From contig BEHE01000004.1 in the NCBI GenBank assembly GCA_002898395.1, positions 32,001 through 96,000 on the forward strand: a stretch of 64,000 nucleotides of DNA, read 5' to 3'. Below, piece by piece: positions 1-10,003 of this stretch. The DNA comes from Candidatus Calditenuaceae archaeon HR02 (GTDB lineage: Archaea > Thermoproteota > Nitrososphaeria_A > Caldarchaeales > Calditenuaceae). The stretch's first letter is position 1, and each line of letters opens with the position of its first letter. The notes beneath the pieces are model-generated. The model worked only from the letters and a program-made list of their open reading frames with translations. It did no database searches and was not told the DNA's origin. Position numbers and translations under genes: made by a program.

Positions 1-2
1 GG

Positions 3-629
3 TTGCCATTACGTGTCCACGGCCTAGCTGATTCAACAAGCGTCTATGCTAGAGTTGCAGAATTGTTAGAGTTTGTAGGTTTAGGTGAAGATTTTATGTT
101 CAAGTATCCTCATGAGCTAGGTGGAGGTGAGAAGCAACTAGTTGCAATAGCTAGGGCGCTTGCACCAAACCCATCTTTTCTAATCCTTGACGAGCCTACT
201 TCCGCATTAGATGTTTCATCGCAGGCAAAGGTCCTTAACACATTAAGGAGAATACAGAAGGAAAAAGACATTAGCTATCTCCTAATCACACACGATTTAG
301 GGGTTGTAAGAAACATAGCACACCGAGTAATAATAATGTACCTGGGGAAAATATATGAAGAGGCCCCCACGGACGAATTCTTCAGATGGCCACTACACCC
401 ATACACTAAGATGCTTCTATCTTCAATCCCAACATTGACTAGAGAGGATGAAGAAATCAAACCTAAAGGGGTGGAGGCTGTAGGAGAAATCCCAAGCGCA
501 CTAAGCCCACCAAAGGGGTGTAGATTCCACACTAGATGCCCCTTCGCAAAGCCTATTTGTAGCGAGAGCGAGCCGCCCGAAATTGTGGCAGATAACGGGC
601 ATGTCGTAAGGTGCTGGCTTTACGAATAG
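3..629 (+). CDS. Oligopeptide/dipeptide ABC transporter ATP-binding subunit (OppF/DppF-like), 5'-truncated by window edge
   Basis: YPHELGGGEKQ signature-like motif, LILDEPTSALD Walker B, ITHDL, PLHPYT and C-terminal PPKGCRFHTRC oligo-HPY motif. Confidence 0.9.
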   Translation: MPLRVHGLADSTSVYARVAELLEFVGLGEDFMFKYPHELGGGEKQLVAIARALAPNPSFLILDEPTSALDVSSQAKVLNTLRRIQKEKDISYLLITHDLGVVRNIAHRVIIMYLGKIYEEAPTDEFFRWPLHPYTKMLLSSIPTLTREDEEIKPKGVEAVGEIPSALSPPKGCRFHTRCPFAKPICSESEPPEIVADNGHVVRCWLYE

Positions 630-636
630 CGCTTTA

Positions 637-1740
637 TTATAGATACTCCTCAATTGAGAGGGATTTTGGCAATTTAGTTAAGTTGGTGTGTCCATCTTCA
701 GTGATAATCACGTTGTCTTCCAACCTAACTCCAAATCTTCCCGCCAGATATATCCCTGGTTCAACGGTGAATACCATTCCCTTTCTTAGCTCTTGGACAT
801 TATCCTCTTTGATATAAGGGGGTTCATGGACTTCTAATCCTAAACCATGCCCCGTCCTGTGGATGAAGTATTCCCCGTATCCGGCCTCAGATATAGTCTG
901 TCTAGCTTTTTTGTCTAGATCTCCAGCCTTCAAGCCTTCCTTAGCAATAGTAAGTGCTGCCGATTGGGCTCTATACACTATGTCAAAAATTTGTTGCTGC
1001 TGCTGCGAGGGTCCTCCACAAGTGATGGTCCTGGTGATGTCAGAAAAGTACCCCATAAATCTAATACCTATATCTAATAGCACTATTTCCCCTTTACCTA
1101 TCCTCCTATCTGTCGGCTCCTGATGGGGAAGTGCAGAGTTGCCTCCTGACTGTATAAGAGTGAAGGCAACCTCGTCTGCGCCTAGTTCCAATGCCCGCGT
1201 CCTGACAAAGGTTGCAAGCTGCTTCTCAGACAAGCCAGCCCTGACGTGACCAATAGTTTCTACCATGAGTTTATTATTGATGTCAGCGGATTTTTCTAAG
1301 CATCTAATTTCTTCGGCATCTTTAATGATTCTTAAAGAGTACATAGTTTCATCGATAAGTGAAAGATCGGTCTCTGAACCTGAAGAAATTATGGGGTGGA
1401 CAAATCTATAGGGCGTACCCCCGTCCACGCCTAGGTGTTTAACTCGGTATTTTGAAAAAAGCCCCTTCAATATGTTTATCGGGTCCTCCACATCACTGTA
1501 GGTAAGAATCTCAATGTTTTGTAACTTGCAATTCTTTTCCGCCCTATCCTTTTCAAGCTTAGGAACTATTAGACACGCTGTATCTTGTTCTCTGAATAAG
1601 ACTAAGGCGACCAAGCGTTCGAGAGAAATTGCACCATAACCAGATAAGTAATACATGTTCGGCTCGAAGGTCAGCATTACAGCGTCGAGTCCTAGGCGGT
1701 CTATATCTTCCAGCAGCCTCTTTAACCTGTTTGAATACAT
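637..1740 (-). CDS. pepQ: Xaa-Pro aminopeptidase/prolidase (M24B)
   Basis: Creatinase-like N-domain; LLDIG..YFSDITRT, HRTGHGLGLEVHEPP, TVEPGIY, GVRLEDNV metal-binding motifs. Confidence 0.9.
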   Translation of the reverse strand: MYSNRLKRLLEDIDRLGLDAVMLTFEPNMYYLSGYGAISLERLVALVLFREQDTACLIVPKLEKDRAEKNCKLQNIEILTYSDVEDPINILKGLFSKYRVKHLGVDGGTPYRFVHPIISSGSETDLSLIDETMYSLRIIKDAEEIRCLEKSADINNKLMVETIGHVRAGLSEKQLATFVRTRALELGADEVAFTLIQSGGNSALPHQEPTDRRIGKGEIVLLDIGIRFMGYFSDITRTITCGGPSQQQQQIFDIVYRAQSAALTIAKEGLKAGDLDKKARQTISEAGYGEYFIHRTGHGLGLEVHEPPYIKEDNVQELRKGMVFTVEPGIYLAGRFGVRLEDNVIITEDGHTNLTKLPKSLSIEEYL

Positions 1741-1842
1741 GGTGAATCACCAGAATAATGATAGCGGGCTATAAAATTGTATTCCGAAAGCGGGGGGTCT
1801 GCAAGGACAAAATACCTTTTTCATATACCGTCAATCAATTAT

Positions 1843-3597
1843 TTATCTCACTGTTTTCTTCTGCCTTTCCAATCTTATCCTTTGTCTCAACTCTTTTGTA
1901 GCATCCCAGTTTATCTCTAGAGTGTCAGGATTCAATACTACGCCATATACGTCTCTAGCCACTTCGATGGTTATATACTCGTTCTTTACATCCATTCTAA
2001 CTCTCTCGGGGTCCCTTTCCAGAGGGTCACCCCACCCTCCTCCGCCACCGGACCTCAAGCTCACCACTTCTCCTTCTCTTAATTTGAGGGCGGCAATCTT
2101 TCTAGTAACCTTGGGCTCCTCACCGTGCTTGAATATTACGCAATAGTTAGGGGTGCCATTCATTCCTCCTGCAACTCCCCATGGAGGGAACTTACTCCGA
2201 CCTATTGAGACTGTAAAGTAGGCCTCATCGCATAAGACGCGATAATCCTTTATCACCCCAAATCCTCCTCTGAATTTTCCATGACCAGTGCCTCCTTCCA
2301 CATTTAGACAGTACCTGTCAACCATTATGGGCATACGTTTTTCGTAAACCTCGTTTGATGCTATGAAGGTCTCACCGTCTCCACAGGCTACTAATCCACT
2401 CTCACCATCTTTGTCGTATCCTGCCCCCCATCCTCCCGGCTGAGGTTCAACGATAGCGAAAGGCTCGCCTGTCCTATTATCTACTCCTCCAAGTATCGTA
2501 GCTAGAATCGACAAAAAATGACCCGCAGTCAACTTGTCCGGCACGTGAGGGGCGAGAGCTTTCCAGACTAGATCAGTGGCATACGCCATTGACTCCCAGT
2601 AGGTAGAAGTTGGTGTAGGCTTCACTGGATGAAAAACGGAGCCAGGCAGCGCAATCACTCTTAATGGTCTGAAATACCCCCCATTGAAATGTACATGCGG
2701 GTCCGTAACAGCCATGTACGTCTCTCTTACACCCGAGACAGTTGCGGCGTATGGAGAAGCAATGGAGCCCTTAGCCGAGCCGCTTCCAGTAAAGTCTGCT
2801 ACAAACTCATTTTCACTTATAGTCACTTTAACCTTGACATACACAGGGTTATCTGTTAAACCGTCATCGTCGATGTAGTCCTCAGCTTCGAAAACTCCCT
2901 TTGGCAACTTACTAATATTTAATAATGCGAGCCTGTATCCATCATCTATGATTTTTTCCATTGCTTTCTTCACCATCTCTATGCCATACTTCTCTACTAG
3001 TTTTTCAACACGGCGAGACGCAACCTTCATTGAGGCTACTTGTGCCTCCATATCGCCGAGGGTATGTTGAGGAAGTCTAGAGTTCTCTAAGATAATGTCT
3101 ATCACGTCTCTGTTCGGTCTACCTTCATTGTATATTTTTATGCAGGGTAAAAGTAGTCCTTCTTGATAGATCTCCGTCGAATCGGATGTCCAACTACCGA
3201 AATGCATTCCCCCCACCTCACTCCAGTGCCCTTTGTTCAAAATTATTGATAGGAGTTCATCTTTGTAGAAGACTGGCATCGCTAAAGTAACATCGTTTAG
3301 ATGTGTACCTGATTTGTATGGGACATTAAGCCCAACTACATCGCCCGGAAATAGTTCACCGTTCCACTTATCTAGCACTTCTCTTGCCGCGAAGTCGAGG
3401 ACGCCTGAGAAACCAGGGACACCAGGTGCTTGCGCTATCAAATCTCCCTCCGAGTTGGTCATTGCGACCGCATAGTCTAATACCTCATAAATTACCGGGC
3501 TCTTTGCAGTCCTGCCGAAGGCGTAAAACATTTCTTCATTAGCTGTGATAAGACCGCTTTTAATTATCTCCAGAGTGAAAAGGTCGGATTTGCTCAT
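1843..3597 (-). CDS. Hydantoinase B / 5-oxoprolinase subunit B family
   Basis: RTAKSPVIYEVLDY, THLNDV, GHWSEVGG, EIYQEG, GHGKFRGG, GGGGWGDPLERDP motifs. Confidence 0.92.
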   Translation of the reverse strand: MSKSDLFTLEIIKSGLITANEEMFYAFGRTAKSPVIYEVLDYAVAMTNSEGDLIAQAPGVPGFSGVLDFAAREVLDKWNGELFPGDVVGLNVPYKSGTHLNDVTLAMPVFYKDELLSIILNKGHWSEVGGMHFGSWTSDSTEIYQEGLLLPCIKIYNEGRPNRDVIDIILENSRLPQHTLGDMEAQVASMKVASRRVEKLVEKYGIEMVKKAMEKIIDDGYRLALLNISKLPKGVFEAEDYIDDDGLTDNPVYVKVKVTISENEFVADFTGSGSAKGSIASPYAATVSGVRETYMAVTDPHVHFNGGYFRPLRVIALPGSVFHPVKPTPTSTYWESMAYATDLVWKALAPHVPDKLTAGHFLSILATILGGVDNRTGEPFAIVEPQPGGWGAGYDKDGESGLVACGDGETFIASNEVYEKRMPIMVDRYCLNVEGGTGHGKFRGGFGVIKDYRVLCDEAYFTVSIGRSKFPPWGVAGGMNGTPNYCVIFKHGEEPKVTRKIAALKLREGEVVSLRSGGGGGWGDPLERDPERVRMDVKNEYITIEVARDVYGVVLNPDTLEINWDATKELRQRIRLERQKKTVR

Positions 3598-5654
3598 ATT
3601 ACTCGCCTCTCAGAGATAACAACATTACCATATTTATCTACTGATACCCTCTGTGTATTCAGAACGAGGATGGTGGAAGTGGGGTCTTCAATAATTGCGG
3701 GCCCATCAATCTTGAAATGCGGAGCCAAATTCTGCTTATTATAGACAGACAATGTCAAGTCATCACCATTCAAATACACCCTTCTTTCTCCTATCAAAGC
3801 GTCATCCGATGTTTCGACTGAATTTTCAATCTCCTTGAGCTCGAACTTTCTTATCTTATACTCTCCAACGACATGGAAGTTCACAATTTCCACCGGGCCT
3901 TCTAGTCTAAATGCATATGCTCGTTCGTGATACTCGTGGAACCTGTTTATTATGATGTCAATATCCCCGCTGATAATATTTATCGATGGGATTGGAACCT
4001 TCACCGTATGCTCTTGGCCATAGTATCGCATGTCCGCAAACCTCTGAACCACCGCCTCGCCTACGCCGAGCTCTTCCTTAAAAATTTCAAGAACCTTGCT
4101 CTCGAGCTGTGAGTATATATCGTTTATCCGATTTATGGCCGTCTCCTTATCCAGCCTGACAATCTCTGTATATACAAGATCGTGCCGTATATCTGTGGTG
4201 AGCATTCCCCATGCGCTGAAAACTCCTGGAGGGATCACGGGGACTATTATCTTCTTTATCTCAAGTTCTTGAGCTATGAACGGAGCGAACATTGGCCCTG
4301 AACCGCCATGTACTATAAGGGTGAAATCCCTTGGGTCATAGCCGCGCTGGACGGAGACCACTCTAATGGCGAAGGCTGCATTCTCATTTGCGAGTTTAAT
4401 GATACCCTCGGCTGCTTCTTGGACGGAGATGTTGTAGTGGTCTGCAACCTTTTGTTTAATCACCTCGTGGGCCAATTTCTTATGTATTCTCATAGCCCCA
4501 CCTAAGAGGTATTCAGGATTGATTAGACCGTTCACTACATAGGCGTCTGTTACGGTAGGTTCTGTTCCTCCTTTCCCATAGCATGCAGGCCCAGGATAGG
4601 CTCCGGCGGCCTTCGGGCCAACCCTCAAGTTCCCTATTGAGTCAATCCAAGCAATACTTGTCCCTCCGTTCCCTATCTCGAATGTATCTACAACCGGAAC
4701 CCTCACCGGATATCCTGCAGAAGTCTTCGTCCTCTCTACATAATATTCAGTATGAACTCGGGGGATTAGGCCTTCAATAAGACTAGCTTTTGTAGTGGTG
4801 CTCCCACCATCTAGAACGATTACGTTACTATCACCCAATAGTTTAGCGATGTATACTCCGCCTATGACCCCTGCTACGGGTCCGGACTCTATCGTATATA
4901 TGGGGAATTTCTTAGCTATGTCGAAAGTTGCCACACCTCCGTTGGAGAGCATGACAAAGGGGCTTTTCTTGAAGCCTTTTTCTTTGAAAGCCTCTTCTAG
5001 CCTTGTCAAGTATTTTATCAGTTTAGGTTTAACATAGGCATTGAGGACAGCTGTCATGGTGCGTTCATATTCTCTCCACTCTCTAGTTATTTCATGCCCT
5101 AAAGTTACAGGTACATCCATGCTCTCCTGAACTATCTCGCCTGCCCTAAGTTCGTGGGTAGGGTTTGCGTAAGAGTTTATAAAACTTATACAGATACTCT
5201 CAACTCCCTCCCGAAGAAATTTTTCCAGCGCTTTCTTTACATCCTCCTCTTTTAAGGGCTTAAGGATTTCTCCGCTAGCAGTGACGCGCTCCTCCACTTC
5301 TAAGCGCAAATACCTCGGAACGATAGGGTCAGGTTTTTGGTATCTGAAATTATACATATCTCTTCTGTTGGATCTCTGGAGTTCTAAGACATCTCTAAAT
5401 CCCTTAGTTGTTATTAGGCCGACCTTGGCTCCTTTTCTCTCAATGATTGTATTGATGACTAGGGTCTGTCCATGTATGATGGAAAGTACTTTGGAAAAGT
5501 CTATTCCGCTCTTAGAAATTGTTTTTAATACGCCGATTGAGGGGTCGTGGGGGGTTGTTTCATCCTTAACCCAAATGAGCTCTCCAGTATCATCATTATA
5601 ACCCACTAAGTCGGTAAAGGCACCTCCAATATCAATACCTATCCTAAATACCAA
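3594..5654 (-). CDS. Hydantoinase A / 5-oxoprolinase subunit A family (ATP-dependent)
   Basis: IGIDIGGAFTD, GLITTKGFRDVLE, EYERT, ESGPVAG, DGGSTTT, AGAYPGPACYG, RGYDPRDF motifs. Confidence 0.92.
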   Translation of the reverse strand: MVFRIGIDIGGAFTDLVGYNDDTGELIWVKDETTPHDPSIGVLKTISKSGIDFSKVLSIIHGQTLVINTIIERKGAKVGLITTKGFRDVLELQRSNRRDMYNFRYQKPDPIVPRYLRLEVEERVTASGEILKPLKEEDVKKALEKFLREGVESICISFINSYANPTHELRAGEIVQESMDVPVTLGHEITREWREYERTMTAVLNAYVKPKLIKYLTRLEEAFKEKGFKKSPFVMLSNGGVATFDIAKKFPIYTIESGPVAGVIGGVYIAKLLGDSNVIVLDGGSTTTKASLIEGLIPRVHTEYYVERTKTSAGYPVRVPVVDTFEIGNGGTSIAWIDSIGNLRVGPKAAGAYPGPACYGKGGTEPTVTDAYVVNGLINPEYLLGGAMRIHKKLAHEVIKQKVADHYNISVQEAAEGIIKLANENAAFAIRVVSVQRGYDPRDFTLIVHGGSGPMFAPFIAQELEIKKIIVPVIPPGVFSAWGMLTTDIRHDLVYTEIVRLDKETAINRINDIYSQLESKVLEIFKEELGVGEAVVQRFADMRYYGQEHTVKVPIPSINIISGDIDIIINRFHEYHERAYAFRLEGPVEIVNFHVVGEYKIRKFELKEIENSVETSDDALIGERRVYLNGDDLTLSVYNKQNLAPHFKIDGPAIIEDPTSTILVLNTQRVSVDKYGNVVISERRVI

Positions 5655-5912
5655 ATATTGTCACCTTCCATCATCCCTTTAGCGATATTCTCATTAATAT
5701 AAAACTAACTCTTAGTATGCAGTCTAATGCGATAGGTGTGTATGATTTCATCTGGCGGTAAAAACTTGGCCGGCCGCACCAGTAGGATCTAGCCTTGATT
5801 GTTAATGATTAACTGTTAGCAGGCGCTCTAGAGCGTTCAATAGGCCATGATTTTCGCTGAGGGATAGCGTTGGGCGCTGGAGTTATAGGCTGGCTTGTTG
5901 TAGGATTATTGG

Positions 5913-7121
5913 ATGGAGCTTGCGGGGTTGGTGGGTAAGCCGAACGCGGGTAAGAGTACTCTGTTCTCTGCTTTAACGTTGGTGGATGTTCCGATTGCGA
6001 ATTATCCGTTCACTACTAAGAGCCCTAATAGGGGGGTGACATATCTCAGGTTTAACTGTGTCTGCAGGGAGCTGGGCGTTAAGGATAACCCCAGAAACTC
6101 GCTCTGCGTGGATGGTGTGAGGCTTATCCCAATCCAAATTATTGACTGCCCCGGTATTGTTCCGCAGGCTCATCTGGGTAGGGGGTTAGGCCTCCAGTTC
6201 CTTGACGAGATTAGGCAGGCAAGTGCTTTGATCGTTGTAGCTGACGCCTCTGGTGGGACAGATCTTGAGGGTAACATCGTTGAGCCCGGGACTCAGGACC
6301 CCGTTGAGGATGTGAGGCTCGTTGAGAGGGAGCTGGATGAGTGGCTTCTCGGCATTATCGCGAGGGATTGGCCGAGGATTGCGAGGGCTGTAGAGGCTAA
6401 GCAGGCCGCCCTTTCAGAAGAGATTGCACGGGTATTCTCTGGGCTTGGAATCGGTAGGGAGGAAGTCGAGGCCGTCATAAGTAGGTCTGAGTTGAGCCTG
6501 GCCCATCCTACCGGGTGGAAAAAAGAGGAGCTTCGCATATTCGTAAATGAATTGAGAAGACTGTCGAAGCCGATAATAGTGGCTGCGAACAAAGCCGATG
6601 TGCCGGGAGCGCAGAAAGGGGTCAAGAGGCTTGTAGATGCAGGGTATGAGACTATCCCTTGTAGCGCTGAGGCTGAGCGGGCCCTGAGAATAGCGGCTGA
6701 GCGGGGGCTGGTGAGCTATAGGCCGGGGGACAAGACATTCAAGATCATCGACGATTCCAGGCTAAGCCCAGCCCAGAAAAAAGCCCTCGACAGGCTTGCA
6801 GCATTTATGGAAAAAAACGGTGGAACAGGTGTCCAAGACTTGATAGACAGGGCTTACTTAGGCATTTTGGGTTATATTCCTGTATTTCCGGTCGAGGATC
6901 CTGCAAGATTGACAGACAAGAACGGAAACGTCCTCCCAGACGTGTATCTTCTCAAGCCGGGTTCAGGCCCCAGAGACCTAGCGTATAAGATCCATTCCGA
7001 GCTAGGGGAGGGATACCTCTACGCCATCGACGCGCGGCGAAAGCTTAAGCTCTCATCCGATTATAGGCTGAGGCCAGGAGACGTAGTATCCATTGTCTCG
7101 GCCGCTAAGAGGGGGGCTTAG
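5913..7121 (+). CDS. ychF: YchF/Ola1-related Obg-family translation-associated NTPase (archaeal type, TGS domain)
   Basis: GKPNAGKST P-loop, NYPFTT, DCPG, NKAD, C-terminal TGS (LAYKIHSEL..GDVVSI). Confidence 0.9.
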   Translation: MELAGLVGKPNAGKSTLFSALTLVDVPIANYPFTTKSPNRGVTYLRFNCVCRELGVKDNPRNSLCVDGVRLIPIQIIDCPGIVPQAHLGRGLGLQFLDEIRQASALIVVADASGGTDLEGNIVEPGTQDPVEDVRLVERELDEWLLGIIARDWPRIARAVEAKQAALSEEIARVFSGLGIGREEVEAVISRSELSLAHPTGWKKEELRIFVNELRRLSKPIIVAANKADVPGAQKGVKRLVDAGYETIPCSAEAERALRIAAERGLVSYRPGDKTFKIIDDSRLSPAQKKALDRLAAFMEKNGGTGVQDLIDRAYLGILGYIPVFPVEDPARLTDKNGNVLPDVYLLKPGSGPRDLAYKIHSELGEGYLYAIDARRKLKLSSDYRLRPGDVVSIVSAAKRGA

Positions 7122-7384
7122 AGTTTCCAGAGAAGGAGTAGCCAGGCCATCCCTAATCGTCCCTAGTTATCAAGCCCACTGGTTCTTGAAAATATACAGA
7201 AGCCTGTTGGCAGTAGATGGTAAAACCTTAGCGTCGTGCGGGGAGAGGCCTTTTTACTCCTAGGCCATGCTCTTCAGAACTGGATGAGGCGCAGAAATGG
7301 TATCTTCTTCGGCCTTTCTTCCCGCAACCCTTACCACGAAGTGGATAGACCTCTGACTACAAAACAGAAAGGCCGCATCGAATG

Positions 7385-9880
7385 CTAGAGGAACTCGTCT
7401 AGGGTCCGCTTAACCGTCTTGCCGCCGCTGACGATCTCGTCGAAGTCCATGTCCAGGCTATCAAGTACTTGCTGGAAAACTCCTTTCAAATACTCGATGT
7501 AGGCTTCTACGTCGACCTGGTTCTTATTGATCTCTATTCGTGGGTGTAGTGGTGTGACTCCTAGTCTATCCTTTGTCTTAACATATTGGATTATGTCCCC
7601 TGAGCCTACCTTGACACCTATCGCGGCCAGTTTCTGAGCGGCCTTGACATGGGGGGGAGTAGTCTTGGTGTATTGCTCGGGGGATTTAGACAACATAACG
7701 CTGAAGGCGAGGTCTGAGACCTCGAACTCTCGGTTTATCAGCTTGTTGTGGCTCTCTCTTATTAGCTTCACAAGATCTGCCTTGAACCTCTCGAAGTCTT
7801 CAGGCTGCCTGATCTGTTTCAACCCTTCAATCATCTCTTCAAAGAGGTGGTGGGCCAGGTTGAAGATGTGCCGCTTTTTACCCGTAAGTCCCTTAACATC
7901 TACCACTCCCTTAACGGTCAGGCCGAGGTAGTTCTTCTTCCTTTGGGATAGGACGACGTAGACGTATTCTTTATCTACTTCAAGGTCAAGTCCGAGACTC
8001 TCGTCTGCCCATCTTATCAGCGTTCTGAGCATTTCTTCGTTGTATCCTTTTAAAAATAGCGAGTCGGTGTCACCGTAGATTACTGTTCCGCCGAGCTCTC
8101 TCACCTTTTCAATAGCCTCTGAGAAGACGTATCTACCTATAGCCGCTGTACTCTCTGCGAGCGGTGGGCAGTACAGTGGGAACTCCTCGAATCCGAAGAC
8201 TCCATAGCTGGCGTTGAGGAAAACTTTGAGAGCCTTCTGTATCACGTCGTACCATATCCTCTTTTCTCTCGGTATCGTCGGGTCTGAGCTTCTCGGCTTG
8301 TATATTCCTACTCTTATGTCTCTTAAGGAGCCTATAATCTGGCTCTGGAGGCCCCGCCTCTTCGTGCAAACCCAGTGGCCAGTCTCAGGCACCACATTCG
8401 ACCTGCACTCTTCATGAGGGCAACGAATGGTTTCGTAGCTTAGGTTCCACCTCTTCAATGCTGAGGGGTAGAGGGAGGCGAAGTCAAGCACCTTAACGCC
8501 GAAATGTATCCCTGGTACAGGCTCAACAACTATGGCACCTCTATACTTCTTGCCCTCTATTATCGCCTTCGTAGTTGTCATTCCCTTCTCTCGGAGTATC
8601 TCCTCCGGTCTAGGTATCAGCCACCCTCTCCGCCTATGCTCAAAGTAGATGAGATTCTTTATCCAGCCTGAGACCCCGTGTCTGCAGAGGTCTTCAACAG
8701 GCAGCCGACTAATCCTGCATAAGACGAGGATCAGCCTGATGATGAGCCTATCATTGTTTGAGAGTAGTTCGTAGACTAGTAGCGCGTCTCCGAAGCTGTA
8801 TGTCGCGAGTTCGCGGGGTGAAAGCTCTGAAATCGGCCTCTCTATCTGTATCTTCCCCCTCCCTAGCAGCGCTTGTGAAATCGCCTCAAGGGTATATTCG
8901 CGGTATTTGTTGTCGAAGGCGTAGACCTGGATTGACTTGTTTAGGAAAAAGCTGTAGAGATCGATGTGTGCAGCGTTCTGAAATGTCGCTCCCTCCCTCC
9001 CGATCACGATCATGTTCCGCCCGCGATTGACTCCAAGCCTTTTTGCCCTATTGTGAAGGTAGGGTAGGTCGAACTGGTCTCCGTTGAAAGTGGCTATTAT
9101 CGCATAATTGGAGAGGGCGTCGAAGACGTCTCCGAGCATCTTTTCCTCAGAGTCGTACACTGAGACCTTGAAATCCAGTCCAGTCGTGTCAAGAGAAAAG
9201 TCGCCCCTTCTCAGCATGAAGACATCTCTACGGCCATCGGATCCGCATATGGAGACTGCGATGACAGGGTCTTCAGCCTTTGACGGGTCGGGGAGGCGGG
9301 TCGAGACTGGGCTGAAAACCTCGATGTCAAGGGCGCAGTAGGGGGGGTCAAGCTGCTCCGCCTCCATAACTGTAATCCAGCTAGCAACCTCGCTGAGGTC
9401 GTCTTCACTGAGCTTTTTTATCTGGGAAGCTAGCTTCCTCGCCTCATTCAGGTCGAGAGTCGCAGGTGTGAGACCATCTCCAGAGGCATGGTACGGCATC
9501 CCACAGATAAGGCCCCGGTCGTACAGGTAGTTGAGGTGGTAGGGAATGTCGGATTCCCACGTTTCTATCCGCTCTCTGACCGAGTTCTTCCTACCACCGA
9601 TGGTGAGCGGGTCCTTCACTATTATTTTTGTTAGTTTGATCTTTCGCAGTCTGAGGGCATCGAACTTCTCCTCTTCCTTTACTTCAACTATGCTGTCTCT
9701 TATGTCCTTAAGCGCATCTAGGACTTCTTGTGGTGAGAGGTTGGTGTAGCAGTAGGGGAGATGCCCCGAGTCGTCATACCTAATCTCTACTCTCCCAGTG
9801 TCTTGTCTCAGAAGTTTGAGATATGCTACCCCCTTCTCGCCATCGTATCCGGCCGACAGGAGGAGAAGCTTGTCGCCCAT
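7385..9880 (-). CDS. polB1: DNA polymerase family B, PolB1 type
   Basis: ExoI DIE, ExoII FNGDQFDLPYL, DFASLYPS, KVFLNASYG, YGDTDS, KKNY; N-terminus LLLSAGYDG typical of PolB1; start placed at ATG 9880. Confidence 0.93.
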   Translation of the reverse strand: MGDKLLLLSAGYDGEKGVAYLKLLRQDTGRVEIRYDDSGHLPYCYTNLSPQEVLDALKDIRDSIVEVKEEEKFDALRLRKIKLTKIIVKDPLTIGGRKNSVRERIETWESDIPYHLNYLYDRGLICGMPYHASGDGLTPATLDLNEARKLASQIKKLSEDDLSEVASWITVMEAEQLDPPYCALDIEVFSPVSTRLPDPSKAEDPVIAVSICGSDGRRDVFMLRRGDFSLDTTGLDFKVSVYDSEEKMLGDVFDALSNYAIIATFNGDQFDLPYLHNRAKRLGVNRGRNMIVIGREGATFQNAAHIDLYSFFLNKSIQVYAFDNKYREYTLEAISQALLGRGKIQIERPISELSPRELATYSFGDALLVYELLSNNDRLIIRLILVLCRISRLPVEDLCRHGVSGWIKNLIYFEHRRRGWLIPRPEEILREKGMTTTKAIIEGKKYRGAIVVEPVPGIHFGVKVLDFASLYPSALKRWNLSYETIRCPHEECRSNVVPETGHWVCTKRRGLQSQIIGSLRDIRVGIYKPRSSDPTIPREKRIWYDVIQKALKVFLNASYGVFGFEEFPLYCPPLAESTAAIGRYVFSEAIEKVRELGGTVIYGDTDSLFLKGYNEEMLRTLIRWADESLGLDLEVDKEYVYVVLSQRKKNYLGLTVKGVVDVKGLTGKKRHIFNLAHHLFEEMIEGLKQIRQPEDFERFKADLVKLIRESHNKLINREFEVSDLAFSVMLSKSPEQYTKTTPPHVKAAQKLAAIGVKVGSGDIIQYVKTKDRLGVTPLHPRIEINKNQVDVEAYIEYLKGVFQQVLDSLDMDFDEIVSGGKTVKRTLDEFL

Positions 9881-10003
9881 CCCCTCGCCCTGACCTAGCC
9901 TCAACTGCATCTAGACTTTTGTTGGCCTCTTAGCTGTATAAGCGTTTTTCTATGCAGAGAAAATCAACTTAAATAAGACTAACCCGTGATATCCTGAAAA
10001 GTT

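Noticed and set aside
5800-5862. Possible C/D box sRNA (ATGATT..CTGA)
   Set aside because: C boxes are degenerate, no clear D' box, and no target identifiable by eye
7122-7384. 263-bp gap between convergent ychF and polB1
   Set aside because: No convincing ORF, RNA structure or repeat found
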